This document shows, piece by piece, positions 13,467 through 28,400 of a DNA stretch of 64,000 nt (positions within the stretch are counted from its first letter, which is position 1; each line of letters begins with the position of its first letter). The notes below the pieces were generated by a model. The model searched no databases. It was not told the DNA's origin and saw only the letters and a list, made by a program, of their open reading frames with translations. The position numbers were made by a program, and so were the translations under genes. Source of the DNA: the human T2T-CHM13v2.0 reference genome, Homo sapiens; the NCBI RefSeq assembly GCF_009914755.1, contig NC_060939.1. One strand, written 5' to 3'.

Positions 13467-16400
13467 GAGAATGCTTCTGTCTAGATTTTATATGAAAATA
13501 TTCCCGCTTCCAACGAAATCCTCAAAGCTATCCAAATATCCACTTGCAAATGCCACAAAAAGAGTGTTTCCAAACTGCTCTGTGAAAAGGAAGGTTCAAC
13601 TCTGTTAGTTGAGTACACACATCACAAAGAGGTTTCTGAGGATGCTGCTGACTAGTTTTTATTTGAAGATATTTCCCTTTTCACCTTAGGCCTAAGAGTG
13701 CTCGAAATGTCCATTTCCACATACTCCACAAAGTGTGTTTCAAACGTGCTGTATGAAAGGGAATGTTCAACTCTATGAGTTGAATGCAAACATCACAAAG
13801 AAGATTCTGAGAATGCTTTTGTCTAGATTTTATATGAAGATATTCCCGTGTCCAACGAAATTTTCAAAGGTCTCCAAATATCCATTTGTAGATTCTACAA
13901 AAAGAGTGTTTCCAAACTGCTGTATCAAAACAAAAGTTGAACCCTGTGAGTTGAGGACACACATCATAAATAAGTTTCTGAGAATGCTTCTGTCTAGTTT
14001 TTATTTGAAGATATTTCCTTTTTCACCATAGGCCTGAAAGCGCTCGAAATGTCCACTTCCAGATAGTACAGAAAGAGTGTTTCAAACCTGCTCTATGAAC
14101 GGGAATGTTCAGCTCTGTGAGTTGAATGCAAACATCACAAAGCAGGTTCTGATAATGCTTCCGTCTAGATTTTAAATGAGGATATTCCCGTTTCCAACGA
14201 AATCCTCGAAGCTATCCAAATATCCACTTGCAGATTCCACAAAAAGAGTGTTTCAAAACTGCTTTGTCAAAAGATAGGTTCAACTCTGTTAGTTGAGTAC
14301 ACACATGGCAAACAAGATTCCGAGAATGCTTTCGTCTAGTTTTTTTGGGAAGATATTTCCTTCTTCACCATAGGCCTCAAAGCGCTCCAAATATCCATTT
14401 CCACATGCTATACAAAGAGTGTCTCAAACCTGCTGTATGAATGGGAATGTTCAACTCTATGAGTTGAATGCAAACATCACAAAGAAGTTTCTGAGAATGC
14501 TGCTGTCTAGATTTTATATGAAGGTGTTCCCGCTTCCAACGAAATTTTCAATGCTCTCAAAATATCCTCTTGTAGATTCTACAAAAAGAGTGTTTCCAAA
14601 CTGCTGTATCAAAACAAAGGTTCATCTCTGTTAGTTGAGGACACACATCACAAATAAGTTTCTGAGAATGCTTCTGTCTAGTTCTTATTTGAAGACATTT
14701 CCTTTCTCACCTTAGGCCTGAAAGCGCTCGAAATACCCACTTCCAGATACTACAGAAACAGTGATTCAAACCTGCTCTATGAAAGGGAATATTCAACTAT
14801 GTGACTTGAATGCAAACATCACAAAGCAGTTTCTGAGAATGCTGCTGTCTACTTTCTATTTGTAATCCCGTTTCCAACGAAATCCTCAGAACTATCGAAA
14901 TTTCCAATTGCAGATTCCACAGAAACAGGGTTTCAAAGCTGCTCTGTAAAAAGAAAGGTTCAACCCTGTTAGTTGAATACACACGTCACAAACAAGTTTC
15001 TGAGAATGCTTCTGTCTAGTTTTTATGGGAAGATATTTCCTTTTTCACCGTAGGCCTCAAAGCGCTCCAAATGTCCACTTCCACATACTACAAAAAGAGT
15101 GTTTCAAACCTGCTCTATGATAGGGAATGTTGAAACCTATGAGTTGAATGCAAACATTACAAAGAAGTTTCTGAGAATGCTTCTGTCTAGATTTTATATG
15201 AAGGTTTTCCCGTTTCCAACGAAATTTTCAATGCTCTCAAAATATCCACTTGTAGATTCTTCAAAAAGAGTGTTTCCAAACTGCTGTGTCAAAAGAAAGG
15301 TTCAACTCTGTTAGTTGAGGACACACATCACAAATAAGTTTCTGAGAATGCTTCTGTCTAGTTCTTATTTGAAGACATTTCCTTTCTCACCTTAGGCCTG
15401 AAAACGCTCGAAATATCCACTTCCAGATACGACAGAAACAGTGATTCAAACCTGCTCTATGAAAGGGAATGTTCAACTAGGTGACTTGAATGCAAACATC
15501 ACAAAGCAGTTTCTGAGAATGCTGCTGTCTACTTTCTATTTGTAATCCCGTTTCCAACGAAATCCTCAGAACTATCAAAATTTCCAATTGCAGATTCCAC
15601 AAAAAGCGTGTTTCAAAGCTGCTCTGTAAAAAGAAAGGTTCAACTCTGTTAGTTGAATACACACGTCACAAACAAGTTTCTGAGAATGCTTCTGTCTAGT
15701 TTTTATGGGAAGATATTTCCTTTTTCACCGTAGGCCTCAAAGCGCTCCAAATGTCCACTTCCACATACTACAAAAAGAGTGTTTCAAACCTGCTCTATGA
15801 TAGGGAATGTTGAAACCTATGAGTTGAATGCAAACATTACAAAGAGGTTTCTGAGAATGCTTCTGTCTAGATTTTATATGTAGATATTCCCGTTTCCAAC
15901 GAAATCCTCAAAGCTATCCAAATATCAACTTGCAGATTCTACAAAAGGAATGTTTCCAAAATGCTGTATCCAAACAAAGGTTCAACTCTGTGAATTGAGG
16001 GCATACATCACAAAGAAGATTCTGAGAATGCTTCTGTCTAGATTTTATATGAAAATATTCCCGTTTCCAACGAAATCCTCAAAGCTATCCAAATATCCAC
16101 TTGCAAATGCCACAAAAAGAGTGTTTCCAAACTGCTCTGTGAAAAGGAAGGTTCAACTCTGTTAGTTGAGTACACACATCACAAAGAGGTTTCTGAGAAT
16201 GCTGCTGACTAGTTTTTATTTGAAGATATTTCCCTTTTCACCTTAGGCCTAAGAGTGCTCGAAATGTCCATTTCCACATACTCCACAAAGTGTGTTTCAA
16301 ACGTGCTGTATGAAAGGGAATGTTCAACTCTATGAGTTGAATGCAAACATCACAAAGAAGATTCTGAGAATGCTTTTGTCTAGATTTTATATGAAGATAT

Positions 16401-19400
16401 TCCCGTGTCCAACGAAATTTTCAAAGGTCTCCAAATATCCATTTGTAGATTCTACAAAAAGAGTGTTTCCAAACTGCTGTATCAAAACAAAGGTTGAACT
16501 CTGTGAGTTGAGGACACACATCACAAATAAGTTTCTGAGAATGATTCTGTGTAGTTTTTATTTGAAGATATTTCCTTTTTCACCATAGGCCTGAAAGCGC
16601 TCGAAATGTCCACTTCCAGACAGTACAGAAAGAGTGTTTCAAACCTGCTCTATGAACTGGAATGTTCAGCTCTGTGAGTTGAATGCAAACATCACAAAGC
16701 AGATTCTGAGAATGCTTCCGTCTAGATTTTAAATGAGGATATTCCCGTTTCCAACGAAATCCTCGAAGCTATCCAAATATCCACTTGCAGATTCCACAAA
16801 AAGAGTGTTTCAAAACTGCTCTGTCAAAAGATAGGTTCAACTCTGTTAGTTGAGTACACACATGGCAAACAAGATTCCGAGAATGCTTTCGTCTAGTTTT
16901 TTTGGGAAGATATTTCCTTCTTCACCATAGGCCTCAAAGCGCTCCAAATATCCATTTCCACATGCTATACAAAGAGTGTCTCAAACCTGCTGTATGAATG
17001 GGAATGTTCAACTCTATGAGTTGAATGCAAACATCACAAAGAAGTTTCTGAGAATGCTGCTGTCTAGATTTTATATGAAGGTTTTCCCGCTTCCAACGAA
17101 ATTTTCAATGCTCTCAAAATATCCTCTTGTAGATTCTACAAAAAGAGTGTTTCCAAACTGCTGTATCAAAACAAAGGTTCATCTCTGTTAGTTGAGGACA
17201 CACATCACAAATAAGTTTCTGAGAATGCTTCTGTCTAGTTCTTATTTGAAGACATTTCCTTTCTCACCTTAGGCCTGAAAGCGCTCGAAATACCCACTTC
17301 CAGATACTACAGAAACAGTGATTCAAACCTGCTCTATGAAAGGGAATGTTCAACTAGGTGACTTGAATGCAAACATCACAAAGCAGTTTCTGAGAATGCT
17401 GCTGTCTACTTTCTATTTGTAATCCCGTTTCCAACGAAATCCTCAGAACTATCGAAATTTCCAATTGCAGATTCCACAAAAAGCGTGTTTCAAAGCTGCT
17501 CTGTAAAAAGAAAGGTTCAACTCTGTTAGTTGAATACACACGTCACAAACAAGTTTCTGAGAATGCTTCTGTCTAGTTTTTATGGGAAGATATTTCCTTT
17601 TTCACCGTAGGCCTCAAAGCGCTCCAAATGTCCACTTCCACATACTACAAAAAGAGTGTTTCAAACCTGCTCTATGATAGGGAATGTTGAAACCTATGAG
17701 TTGAATGCAAACATTACAAAGAAGTTTCTGAGAATGCTTCTGTCTAGATTTTATATGAAAGTTTTCCCGTTTCCAACGAAATTTTCAATGCTCTCAAAAT
17801 ATCCACTTGTAGATTCTACAAAAAGAGTGTTTCCAAACTGCTGTGTCAAAAGAAAGGTTCAACTCTGTTAGTTGAGGACACACATCACAAATAAGTTTCT
17901 GAGAATGCTTCTGTCTAGTTCTTATTTGAAGACATTTCCTTTCTCACCTTAGGCCTGAAAACGCTCGAAATATCCACTTCCAGATACGACAGAAACAGTG
18001 ATTCAAACCTGCTCTATGAAAGGGAATGTTCAACTAGGTGACTTGAATGCAAACATCACAAAGCAGTTTCTGAGAATGCTGCTGTCTACTTTCTATTTGT
18101 AATCCCTTTTCCAACGAAATCCTCAGAACTATCAAAATTTCCAATTGCAGATTCCACAAAAAGCGTGTTTCAAAGCTGCTCTGTAAAAAGAAAGGTTCAA
18201 CTCTGTTAGTTGAATACACACGTCACAAACAAGTTTCTGAGAATGCTTCTGTCTAGTTTTTATGGGAAGATATTTCCTTTTTCACCGTAGGCCTCAAAGC
18301 GCTCCAAAGGTCCACTTCCACATACTACAAAAAGAGTGTTTCAAACCTGCTCTATGATAGGGAATGTTGAAACCTATGAGTTGAATGCAAACATTACAAA
18401 GAGGTTTCTGAGAATGCTTCTGTCTAGATTTTATATGTAGATATTCCCGTTTCCAACGAAATCCTCAAAGCTATCCAAATATCAACTTGCAGATTCTACA
18501 AAAGGAATGTTTCCAAAATGCTGTATCCAAACAAAGGTTCAACTCTGTGAATTGAGGGCATACATCACAAAGAAGATTCTGAGAATGCTTCTGTCTAGAT
18601 TTTATATGAAAATATTCCCGTTTCCAACGAAATCCTCAAAGCTATCCAAATATCCACCTGCAAATGCCACAAAAAGAGTGTTTCCAAACTGCTCTGTGAA
18701 AAGGAAGGTTCAACTCTGTTAGTTGAGTACACACATCACAAAGAGGTTTCTGAGAATGCTGCTGACTAGTTTTTATTTGAAGATATTTCCCTTTTCACCT
18801 TAGGCCTAAGAGTGCTCGAAATGTCCATTTCCACATACTCCACAAAGTGTGTTTCAAACGTGCTGTATGAAAGGGAATGTTCAACTCTATGAGTTGAATG
18901 CAAACATCACAAAGAAGATTCTGAGAATGCTTTTGTCTAGATTTTATATGAAGATATTCCCGTGTCCAACGAAATTTTCAAAGGTCTCCAAATATCCATT
19001 TGTAGATTCTACAAAAAGAGTGTTTCCAAACTGCTGTATCAAAACAAAGGTTGAACTCTGTGAGTTGAGGACACACATCATAAATAAGTTTCTGAGAATG
19101 CTTCTGTCTAGTTTTTATTTGAAGATATTTCCTTTTTCACCATAGGCCTGAAAGCGCTCGAAATGTCCACTTCCAGATAGTACAGAAAGAGTGTTTGAAT
19201 CCTGCTCTATGAACGGGAATGTTCAGCTCTGTGAGTTGAATGCAAACATCACAAAGCAGGTTCTGAGAATGCTTCCGTCTAGATTTTAAATGAGGATATT
19301 CCCGTTTCCAACGAAATCCTCGAAGCTATCCAAATATCCACTTGCAGATTCCACAAAAAGAGTGTTTCAAAACTGCTCTGTCAAAAGATAGGTTCAACTC
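13467..19400. repeat. Near-identical second copy of 1-~5900 (offset 13,466 bp)
   Basis: Shared private variants: gaggatgc (172/13638), gttgaaccc, ctgataatg, ctgctttg, ggtgttccc, gaatattca, ttcttcaaa, atgattctgtgtag, aaggtccac, cacctgca, gtttgaatcc (5727/19193). Confidence 0.88.
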
Positions 19401-22400
19401 TGTTAGTTGAGTACACACATGGCAAACAAGATTCCGAGAATGCTTTCGTCTAGTTTTTTTGGGAAGATATTTCCTTCTTCACCATAGGCCTCAAAGCGCT
19501 CCAAATATCCATTTCCACATGCTATACAAAGAGTGTCTCAAACCTGCTGTATGAATGGGAATGTTCAACTCTATGAGGTGAATGCAAACATCACAAAGAA
19601 GTTTCTGAGAATGCTGCTGTCTAGATTTTATATGAAGGTTTTCCCGCTTCCAATGAAATTTTCAATGCTCTCAAAATATCCTCTTGTAGATTCTACAAAA
19701 AGAGTGTTTCCAAACTGCAGTATCAAAACAAAGGTTCATCTCTGTTAGTTGAGGACACACATCACAAATAAGTTTCTGAGAATGCTTCTGTCTAGTTCTT
19801 ATTTGAAGACATTTCCTTTCTCACTTTAGGCCTGAAAGCACTCGAAATACCCACTTCCAGATACTACAGAATCAGTGATTCAAACCTGCTCTATGAAAGG
19901 GAATGTTCAACTAGGTGACTTGAATGCAAACATCACAAAGCAGTTTCTGAGAATGCTGCTGTCTACTTTCTATTTGTAATCCCGTTTCCAATGAAATCCT
20001 CAGAACTATCGAAATTTCCAATTGCAGATTCCACAGAAACAGGGTTTCAAAGGTGCTCTGTAAAAAGAAAGGTTCAACTCTGTTAGTTGAATACACACGT
20101 CACAAACAAGTTTCTGAGAATGCTTCTGTCTAGTTTTTATGGGAAGATATTTCCTTTTTCACCGTAGGCCTCAAAGCGCTCCAAATGTCCACTTCCACAT
20201 ACTACAAAAAGAGTGTTTCAAACCTGCTCTATGATAGGGAATGTTGAAACCTATGAGTTGAATGCAAACATTACAAAGAAGTTTCTGAGAATGCTTCTGT
20301 CTAGATTTTATATGAAAGTTTTCCCGTTTCCAACGAAATTTTCAATGCTCTCAAAATATCCACTTGTAGATTCTACAAAAAGAGTGTTTCCAAACTGCTG
20401 TGTCAAAAGAAAGGTTCAACTCTGTTAGTTGAGGACACACATCACAAATAAGTTTCTGAGAATGCTTCTGTCTAGTTCTTATTTGAAGACATTTCCTTTC
20501 TCACCTTAGGCCTGAAAACGCTCGAAATATCCACTTCCAGATACGACAGAAACAGTGATTCAAACCTGCTCTATGAAAGGGAATGTTCAACTAGGTGACT
20601 TGAATGCAAACATCACAAAGCAGTTTCTGAGAATGCTGCTGTCTACTTTCTATTTGTAATCCCGTTTCCAACGAAATCCTCAGAACTATCAAAATTTCCA
20701 ATTGCAGATTCCACAAAAAGCGTGTTTCAAAGCTGCTCTGTAAAAAGAAAGGTTCAACTCTGTTAGTTGAATACACACGTCACAAACAAGTTTCTGAGAA
20801 TGCTTCTGTCTAGTTTTTATGGGAAGATATTTCCTTTTTCACCGTAGGCCTCAAAGCGCTCCAAATGTCCACTTCCACATACTACAAAAAGAGTGTTTCA
20901 AACCTGCTCTATGATAGGGAATGTTGAAACCTATGAGTTGAATGCAAACATTACAAAGAGGTTTCTGAGAATGCTTCTGTCTAGATTTTATATGTAGATA
21001 TTCCCGTTTCCAACGAAATCCTCAAAGCTATCCAAATATCAACTTGCAGATTCTACAAAAGGAATGTTTCCAAAATGCTGTATCCAAACAAAGGTTCAAC
21101 TCTGTGAATTGAGGGCATACATCACAAAGAAGATTCTGAGAATGCTTCTGTCTAGATTTTATATGAAAATATTCCCGTTTCCAACGAAATCCTCAAAGCT
21201 ATCCAAATATCCACTTGCAAATGCCACAAAAAGAGTGTTTCCAAACTGCTCTGTGAAAAGGAAGGTTCAACTCTGTTAGTTGAGTACACACATCACAAAG
21301 AGGTTTCTGAGAATGCTGCTGACTAGTTTTTATTTGAAGATATTTCCCTTTTCACCTTAGGCCTAAGAGTGCTCGAAATGTCCATTTCCACATACTCCAC
21401 AAAGTGTGTTTCAAACGTGCTGTATGAAAGGGAATGTTCAACTCTATGAGTTGAATGCAAACATCACAAAGAAGATTCTGAGAATGCTTTTGTCTAGATT
21501 TTATATGAAGATATTCCCGTGTCCAACGAAATTTTCAAAGGTCTCCAAATATCCATTTGTAGTTTCTACAAAAAGAGTGTTTCCAAACTGCTGTATCAAA
21601 ACAAAGGTTGAACTCTGTGAGTTGAGGACACACATCACAAATAAGTTTCTGAGAATGCTTCTGTCTAGTTTTTATTTGAAGATATTTCCTTTTTCACCAT
21701 AGGCCTGAAAGCGCTCGAAATGTCCACTTCCAGATAGTACAGAAAGAGTGTTTCAAACCTGCTCTATGAACGGGAATGTTCAGCTCTGTGAGTTGAATGC
21801 AAACATCACAAAGCAGGTTCTGAGAATGCTTCCGTCTAGATTTTAAATGAGGATATTCCCGTTTCCAACGAAATCCTCGAAGCTATCCAAATATCCACTT
21901 GCAGATTCCACAAAAAGAGTGTTTCAAAACTGCTCTGTCAAAAGATAGGTTCTACTCTGTTAGTTGAGTACACACATGGCAAACAAGATTCCGAGAATGC
22001 TTTCGTCTAGTTTTTTTGGGAAGATATTTCCTTCTTCACCATAGGCCTCAAAGCGCTCCAAATATCCATTTCCACATGCTATACAAAGAGTGTCTCAAAC
22101 CTGCTGTATGAATGGGAATGTTCAACTCTATGAGTTGAATGCAAACATCACAAAGAAGTTTCTGAGAATGCTTCTGTCTAGATTTTATATGAAGGTTTTC
22201 CGGCTTCCAACGAAATTTTCAATGCTCTCAAAATATCCTCTTGTCGATTCTACAAAAAGAGTGTTTCCAAACTGCTGTATCAAAACAAAGGTTCATCTCT
22301 GTTAGTTGAGGACACACATCACAAATAAGTTTCTGAGAATGCTTCTGTCTAGTTCTTATTTGAAGACATTTCCTTTCTCACCTTAGGCCTGAAAGCGCTC

Positions 22401-25400
22401 GAAATACCCTCTTCCAGATACTACAGAAACAGTGATTCAAACCTGCTCTATGAAAGGGAATGTTCAACTATGTGACTTGAATGCAAACATCACAAAGCAG
22501 TTTCTGAGAATGCTGCTGTCTACTTTGTATTTGTAATCCCGTTTCCAACGAAATCCTCAGAACTATCAAAATTTCCAATTGCAGATTCCACAGAAACAGG
22601 TTTTCAAAGCTGCTCTGTAAAAAGAAAGGTTCAACTCTGTTAGTTGAATACACACGTCACAAACAAGTTTCTGAGAATGCTTCTGTCTAGTTTTTATGGG
22701 AAGATATTTCCTTTTTCACCGTAGGCCTCAAAGCGCTCCAAATGTCCACTTCCACATACTACAAAAAGAGTGTTTCAAACCTGCTGTATGAAAGGGAATG
22801 TTCAACTCTATGAGTTGAATGCAAATATTACAAAGAAGTTTCTGAGAATTCTTCTGTCTAGATTTTAAAGAAGGTTTTCCCGTTTCCAACGAAATTTTCA
22901 ATGCTCTCAAAATATCCACTTGTAGATTCTACAAAAAGAGTGTTTCCAAACTGCTGTGTCAAAAGAAAGGTTCAACTCTGTTAGTTGAGGACACACATCA
23001 CAAATAAGTTTCTGAGAATGCTTCTGTCTAGTTCTTATTTGAAGACATTTCCTTTCTCACCTTAGGCCTGAAAACGCTCGAAATATCCACTTCCAGATAC
23101 GACAGAAACAGTGATTCAAACCTGCTCTATGAAAGGGAATGTTCAACTAGGTGACTTGAATGCAAACATCACAAAGCAGTTTCTGAGAATGCTGCTGTCT
23201 ACTTTCTATTTGTAATCCCGTTTCCAACGAAATCCTCAGAACTATCAAAATTTCCAATTGCAGATTCCACAAAAAGCGTGTTTCAAAGCTGCTCTGTAAA
23301 AAGAAAGGTTCAACTCTGTTAGTTGAATACACACGTCACAAACAAGTTTCTGAGAATGCTTCTGTCTAGTTTTTATGGGAAGATATTTCCTTTTTCACCG
23401 TAGGCCTCAAAGCGCTCCAAATGTCCACTTCCACATACTACAAAAAGAGTGTTTCAAACCTGCTCTATGATAGGGAATGTTGAAACCTATGAGTTGAATG
23501 CAAACATTACAAAGAGGTTTCTGAGAATGCTTCTGTCTAGAATTTATATGTAGATATTCCCGTTTCCAACGAAATCCTCAAAGCTATCCAAATATCAACT
23601 TGCAGATTCTACAAAAGGAATGTTTCCAAAATGCTGTATCCAAACAAAGGTTCAACTCTGTGAATTGAGGGCATACATCACAAAGAAGATTCTGAGAATG
23701 CTTCTGTCTAGATTTTATATGAAAATATTCCCGTTTCCAACGAAATCCTCAAAGCTATCCAAATATCCACTTGCAAATGCCACAAAAAGAGTGTTTCCAA
23801 ACTGCTCTGTGAAAAGGAAGGTTCAACTCTGTTAGTTGAGTACACACATCACAAAGAGGTTTCTGAGAATGCTGCTGAATAGTTTTTATTTGAAGATATT
23901 TCCCTTTTCACCTTAGGCCTATGAGTGCTCGAAATGTCCATTTCCACATACTCCACAAAGTGTGTTTCAAACGTGCTGTATGAAAGGGAATGTTCAACTC
24001 TATGAGTTGAATGCAAACATCACAAAGAAGATTCTGAGAATGCTTTTGTCTAGATTTTATATGAAGATATTCCCGTGTCCAACGAAATTTTCAAAGGTCT
24101 CCAAATATCCATTTGTAGATTCTACAAAAAGAGTGTTTCCAAACTGCTGTATCAAAACAAAGGTTGAACTCTGTGAGTTGAGGACACACATCACAAATAA
24201 GTTTCTGAGAATGCTTCTGTCTAGTTTTTATTTGAAGATATTTCCTTTTTCACCATAGGCCTGAAAGCGCTCGAAATGTCCACTTCCAGATAGTACAGAA
24301 AGAGTGTTTCAAACCTGCTCTATGAACGGGAATGTTCAGCTCTGTGAGTTGAATGCAAACATCACAAAGCAGGTTCTGAGAATGCTTCCGTCTAGATTTT
24401 AAATGAGGATATTCCCGTTTCCAACGAAATCCTCGAAGCTATCCAAATATCCACTTGCAGATTCCACAAAAAGAGTGTTTCAAAACTGCTCTGTCAAAAG
24501 ATAGGTTCAACTCTGTTAGTTGAGTACACACATGGCAAACAAGATTCCGAGAATGCTTTCGTCTAGTTGTTTTGGGAAGATATTTCCTTTTTCACCATAG
24601 GCCTCAAAGCGCTCCAAATATCCATTTCCACATGCTATACAAAGAGTGTCTCAAACCTGCTGTATGAATGGGAATGTTCAACTCTATGAGTTGAATGCAA
24701 ACATCACAAAGAAGTTTCTGAGAATGCTGCTGTCTAGATTTTATATGAAGGTTTTCCCGCTTCCAACGAAATTTTCAATGCTCTGAAAATATCCTCTTGT
24801 AGATTCTACAAAAAGAGTGTTTCCAAACTGCTGTGTCAAAAGAAAGGTTCAACTCTGTTAGTTGAGGACACACATCACAAATAAGTTTCTGAGAATGCTT
24901 CTGTCTAGTTCTTATTTGACGACATTTCCTTTCTCACCTTAGGCCTGAAAGCGCTCGAAATACCCACTTCCAGATACTACAGAAACAGTGATTCAAACCT
25001 GCTCTATGAAAGGACATGTTCAACTATGTGACTTGAATGCAAACATCACAAAGCAGTTTCTGAGAATGCTGCTGTCTACTTTCTATTTGTAATCCCGTTT
25101 CCAACGGAATCCTCAGACCTATCGAAATTTCCAATTGCAGATTCCACAGAAAAAGTGTTTCAAAGCTGCTCTGTAAAAAGAAAGGTTCAACTCTGTTAGT
25201 TGAATACACACGTCACAAACAAGTTTCTGAGAATGCTTCTGTCTAGTTTTTATGGGAAGATATTTCCTTTTTCACCGTAGGCCTCAAAGCGCTCCAAATG
25301 TCCACTTCCACAAACTACAAAAAGAGTGTTTCAAACCTGCTGTATGAAAGGGAATGTTCAACTCTATGAGTTGAATGCAAACATTACAAAGAAGTTTCTG

Positions 25401-28400
25401 AGAATGCTTCTGTCTAGATTTTATATGAAGGTTTTCCCGTTTCCAACGAAATTTTCAATGCTCTCAAAATATCCACTTGTAGATTCTACAAAAAGAGTGT
25501 TTCCAAACTGCTGTGTCAAAAGAAAGGTTCAACTCTGTTAGTTGAGGACACACATCACAAATAAGTTTCTGAGAATGCTTCTGTCTAGTTCTTATTTGAA
25601 GACATTTCCTTTCTCACCTTAGGCCTGAAAACGCTCGAAATATCCACTTCCAGATACGACAGAAACAGTGATTCAAACCTGCTCTATGAAAGGGAATGTT
25701 CAACTAGGTGACTTGAATGCAAACATCACAAAGCAGTTTCTGAGAATGCTGCTGTCTACTTTCTATTTGTAATCCCATTTCCAACGAAATCCTCAGAACT
25801 ATCAAAATTTCCAATTGCAGATTCCACAAAAAGCGTGTTTCAAAGCTGCTCTGTAAAAAGAAAGGTTCAACTCTGTTAGTTGAATACACACGTCACAAAC
25901 AAGTTTCTGAGAATGCTTCTGTCTAGTTTTTATGGGAAGATATTTCCTTTTTCACCGTAGGCCTCAAAGCGCTCCAAATGTCCACTTCCACATACTACAA
26001 AAAGAGTGTTTCAAACCTGCTCTATGATAGGGAATGTTGAAACCTATGAGTTGAATGCAAACATTACAAAGAGGTTTCTGAGAATGCTTCTGTCTAGATT
26101 TTATATGTAGATATTCCCGTTTCCAACGAAATCCTCAAAGCTATCCAAATATCAACTTGCAGATTCTACAAAAGGAATGATTCCAAAATGCTGTATCCAA
26201 ACAAAGGTTCAACTCTGTGATTTGAGGGCATACATCACAAAGAAGATTCTGAGAATGCTTCTGTCTAGATTTTATATGAAAATATTCCCGCTTCCAACGA
26301 AATCCTCAAAGCTATCCAAATATCCACTTGCAAATGCCACAAAAAGAGTGTTTCCAAACTGCTCTGTGAAAAGGAAGGTTCAACTCTGTTAGTTGAGTAC
26401 ACACATCACAAAGAGGTTTCTGAGAATGCTGCTGACTAGTTTTTATTTGAAGATATTTCCCTTTTCACCTTAGGCCTAAGAGTGCTCGAAATGTCCATTT
26501 CCACATACTCCACAAAGTGTGTTTCAAACGTGCTGTATGAAAGGGAATGTTCAACGCTATGAGTTGAATGCAAACATCACAAAGAAGATTCTGAGAATGC
26601 TTTTGTCTAGATTTTATATGAAGATATTCCCGTGTCCAACGAAATTTTCAAAGGTCTCCAAATATCCATTTGTAGATTCTACAAAAAGAGTGTTTCCAAA
26701 GTGCTGTATCAAAACAAAGGTTGAACTCTGTGAGTTGAGGACACACATCACAAATAAGTTTCTGAGAATGCTTCTGTCTAATTTTTATTTGAAGATATTT
26801 CCTTTTTCACCATAGGCCTGAAAGCGCTCGAAATGTCCACTTCCAGATAGTACAGAAAGAGTGTTTCAAACCTGCTCTATGAACGGGAATGTTCAGCTCT
26901 GTGAGTTGAATGCAAACATCACAAAGCAGGTTCTGAGAATGCTTCCGTCTAGATTTTAAATGAGGATATTCCCGTTTCCAACTAAATCCTCGAAGCTATC
27001 CAAATATCCACTTGCAGATTCCACAAAAAGAGTGTTTCAAAACTGCTCTTTCAAAAGATAGGTTCAACTCTGTTAGTTGAGTACACACATGGCAAACAAG
27101 ATTCCGAGAATGCTTTCGTCTAGTTTTTTTGGGAAGAGATTTCCTTCTTCACCATAGACCTCAAAGCGCTCCAAATATCCATTTCCACATGCTATACAAA
27201 GAGTGTCTCAAACCTGCTGTATGAATGGGAATGTTCAACTCTATGAGTTGAATGCAAACATCACAAAGAAGTTTCTGAGAATGCTGCTGTCTAGATTTTA
27301 TATGAAGGTTTTCCCGCTTCCAACGAAATTTTCAATGCTCTCAAAATATCCTCTTGTAGATTCTACAAAAAGAGTGTTTCCAAACTGCTGTATCAAAACA
27401 AAGGTTCATCTCTGTTAGTTGAGGACACACATCACAAATAAGTTTCTGAGAATGCTTCTGTCTAGTTCTTATTTGAAGACATTTCCTTTCTCACCTTAGG
27501 CCTGAAAGCGCTCGAAATACCCACTTCCAGATACTACAGAAACAGTGATTCAAACCTGCTCTATGAAAGGGAATGTTCAACTAGGTGACTTGAATGCAAA
27601 CATCACAAAGCAGTTTCTGAGAATGCTGCTGTCTACTTTCTATTTGTAATCCCGTTTCCAACGAAATCCTCAGAACTATCGAAATTTCCAATTGCAGATT
27701 CCACAGAAACAGGGTTTCAAAGCTGCTCTGTAAAAAGAAAGGTTCAACTCTGTTAGTTGAATACACACGTCACAAACAAGTTTCTGAGAATGCTTCTGTC
27801 TAGTTTTTATGGGAAGATATTTCCTTTTTCACCGTAGGCCTCAAAGCGCTCCAAATGTCCACTTCCACATACTACAAAAAGAGTGTTTCAAACCTGCTGT
27901 ATGAAAGGGAATGTTCAACTCTATGAGTTGAATGCAAACATTACAAAGAAGTTTCTGAGAATGCTTCTGTCTAGATTTTATATGAAGGTTTTCCCGTTTC
28001 CAACGAAATTTTCAATGCTCTCAAAATATCCACTTGTAGATTCTACAAAAAGAGTGTTTCCAAACTGCTGTGTCAAAAGAAAGGTTCAACTCTGTTAGTT
28101 GAGGACACACATCACAAATAAGTTTCTGAGAATGCTTCTGTCTAGTTCTTATTTGAAGACATTTCCTTTCTCACCTTAGGCCTGAAAACGCTCGAAATAT
28201 CCACTTCCAGATACGACAGAAACAGTGATTCAAACCTGCTCTATGAAAGGGAATGTTCAACTAGGTGACTTGAATGCAAACATCACAAAGCAGTTTCTGA
28301 GAATGCTGCTGTCTACTTTCTATTTGTAATCCCGTTTCCAACGAAATCCTCAGAACTATCGAAATTTCCAATTGCAGATTCCACAGAAACAGGGTTTCAA

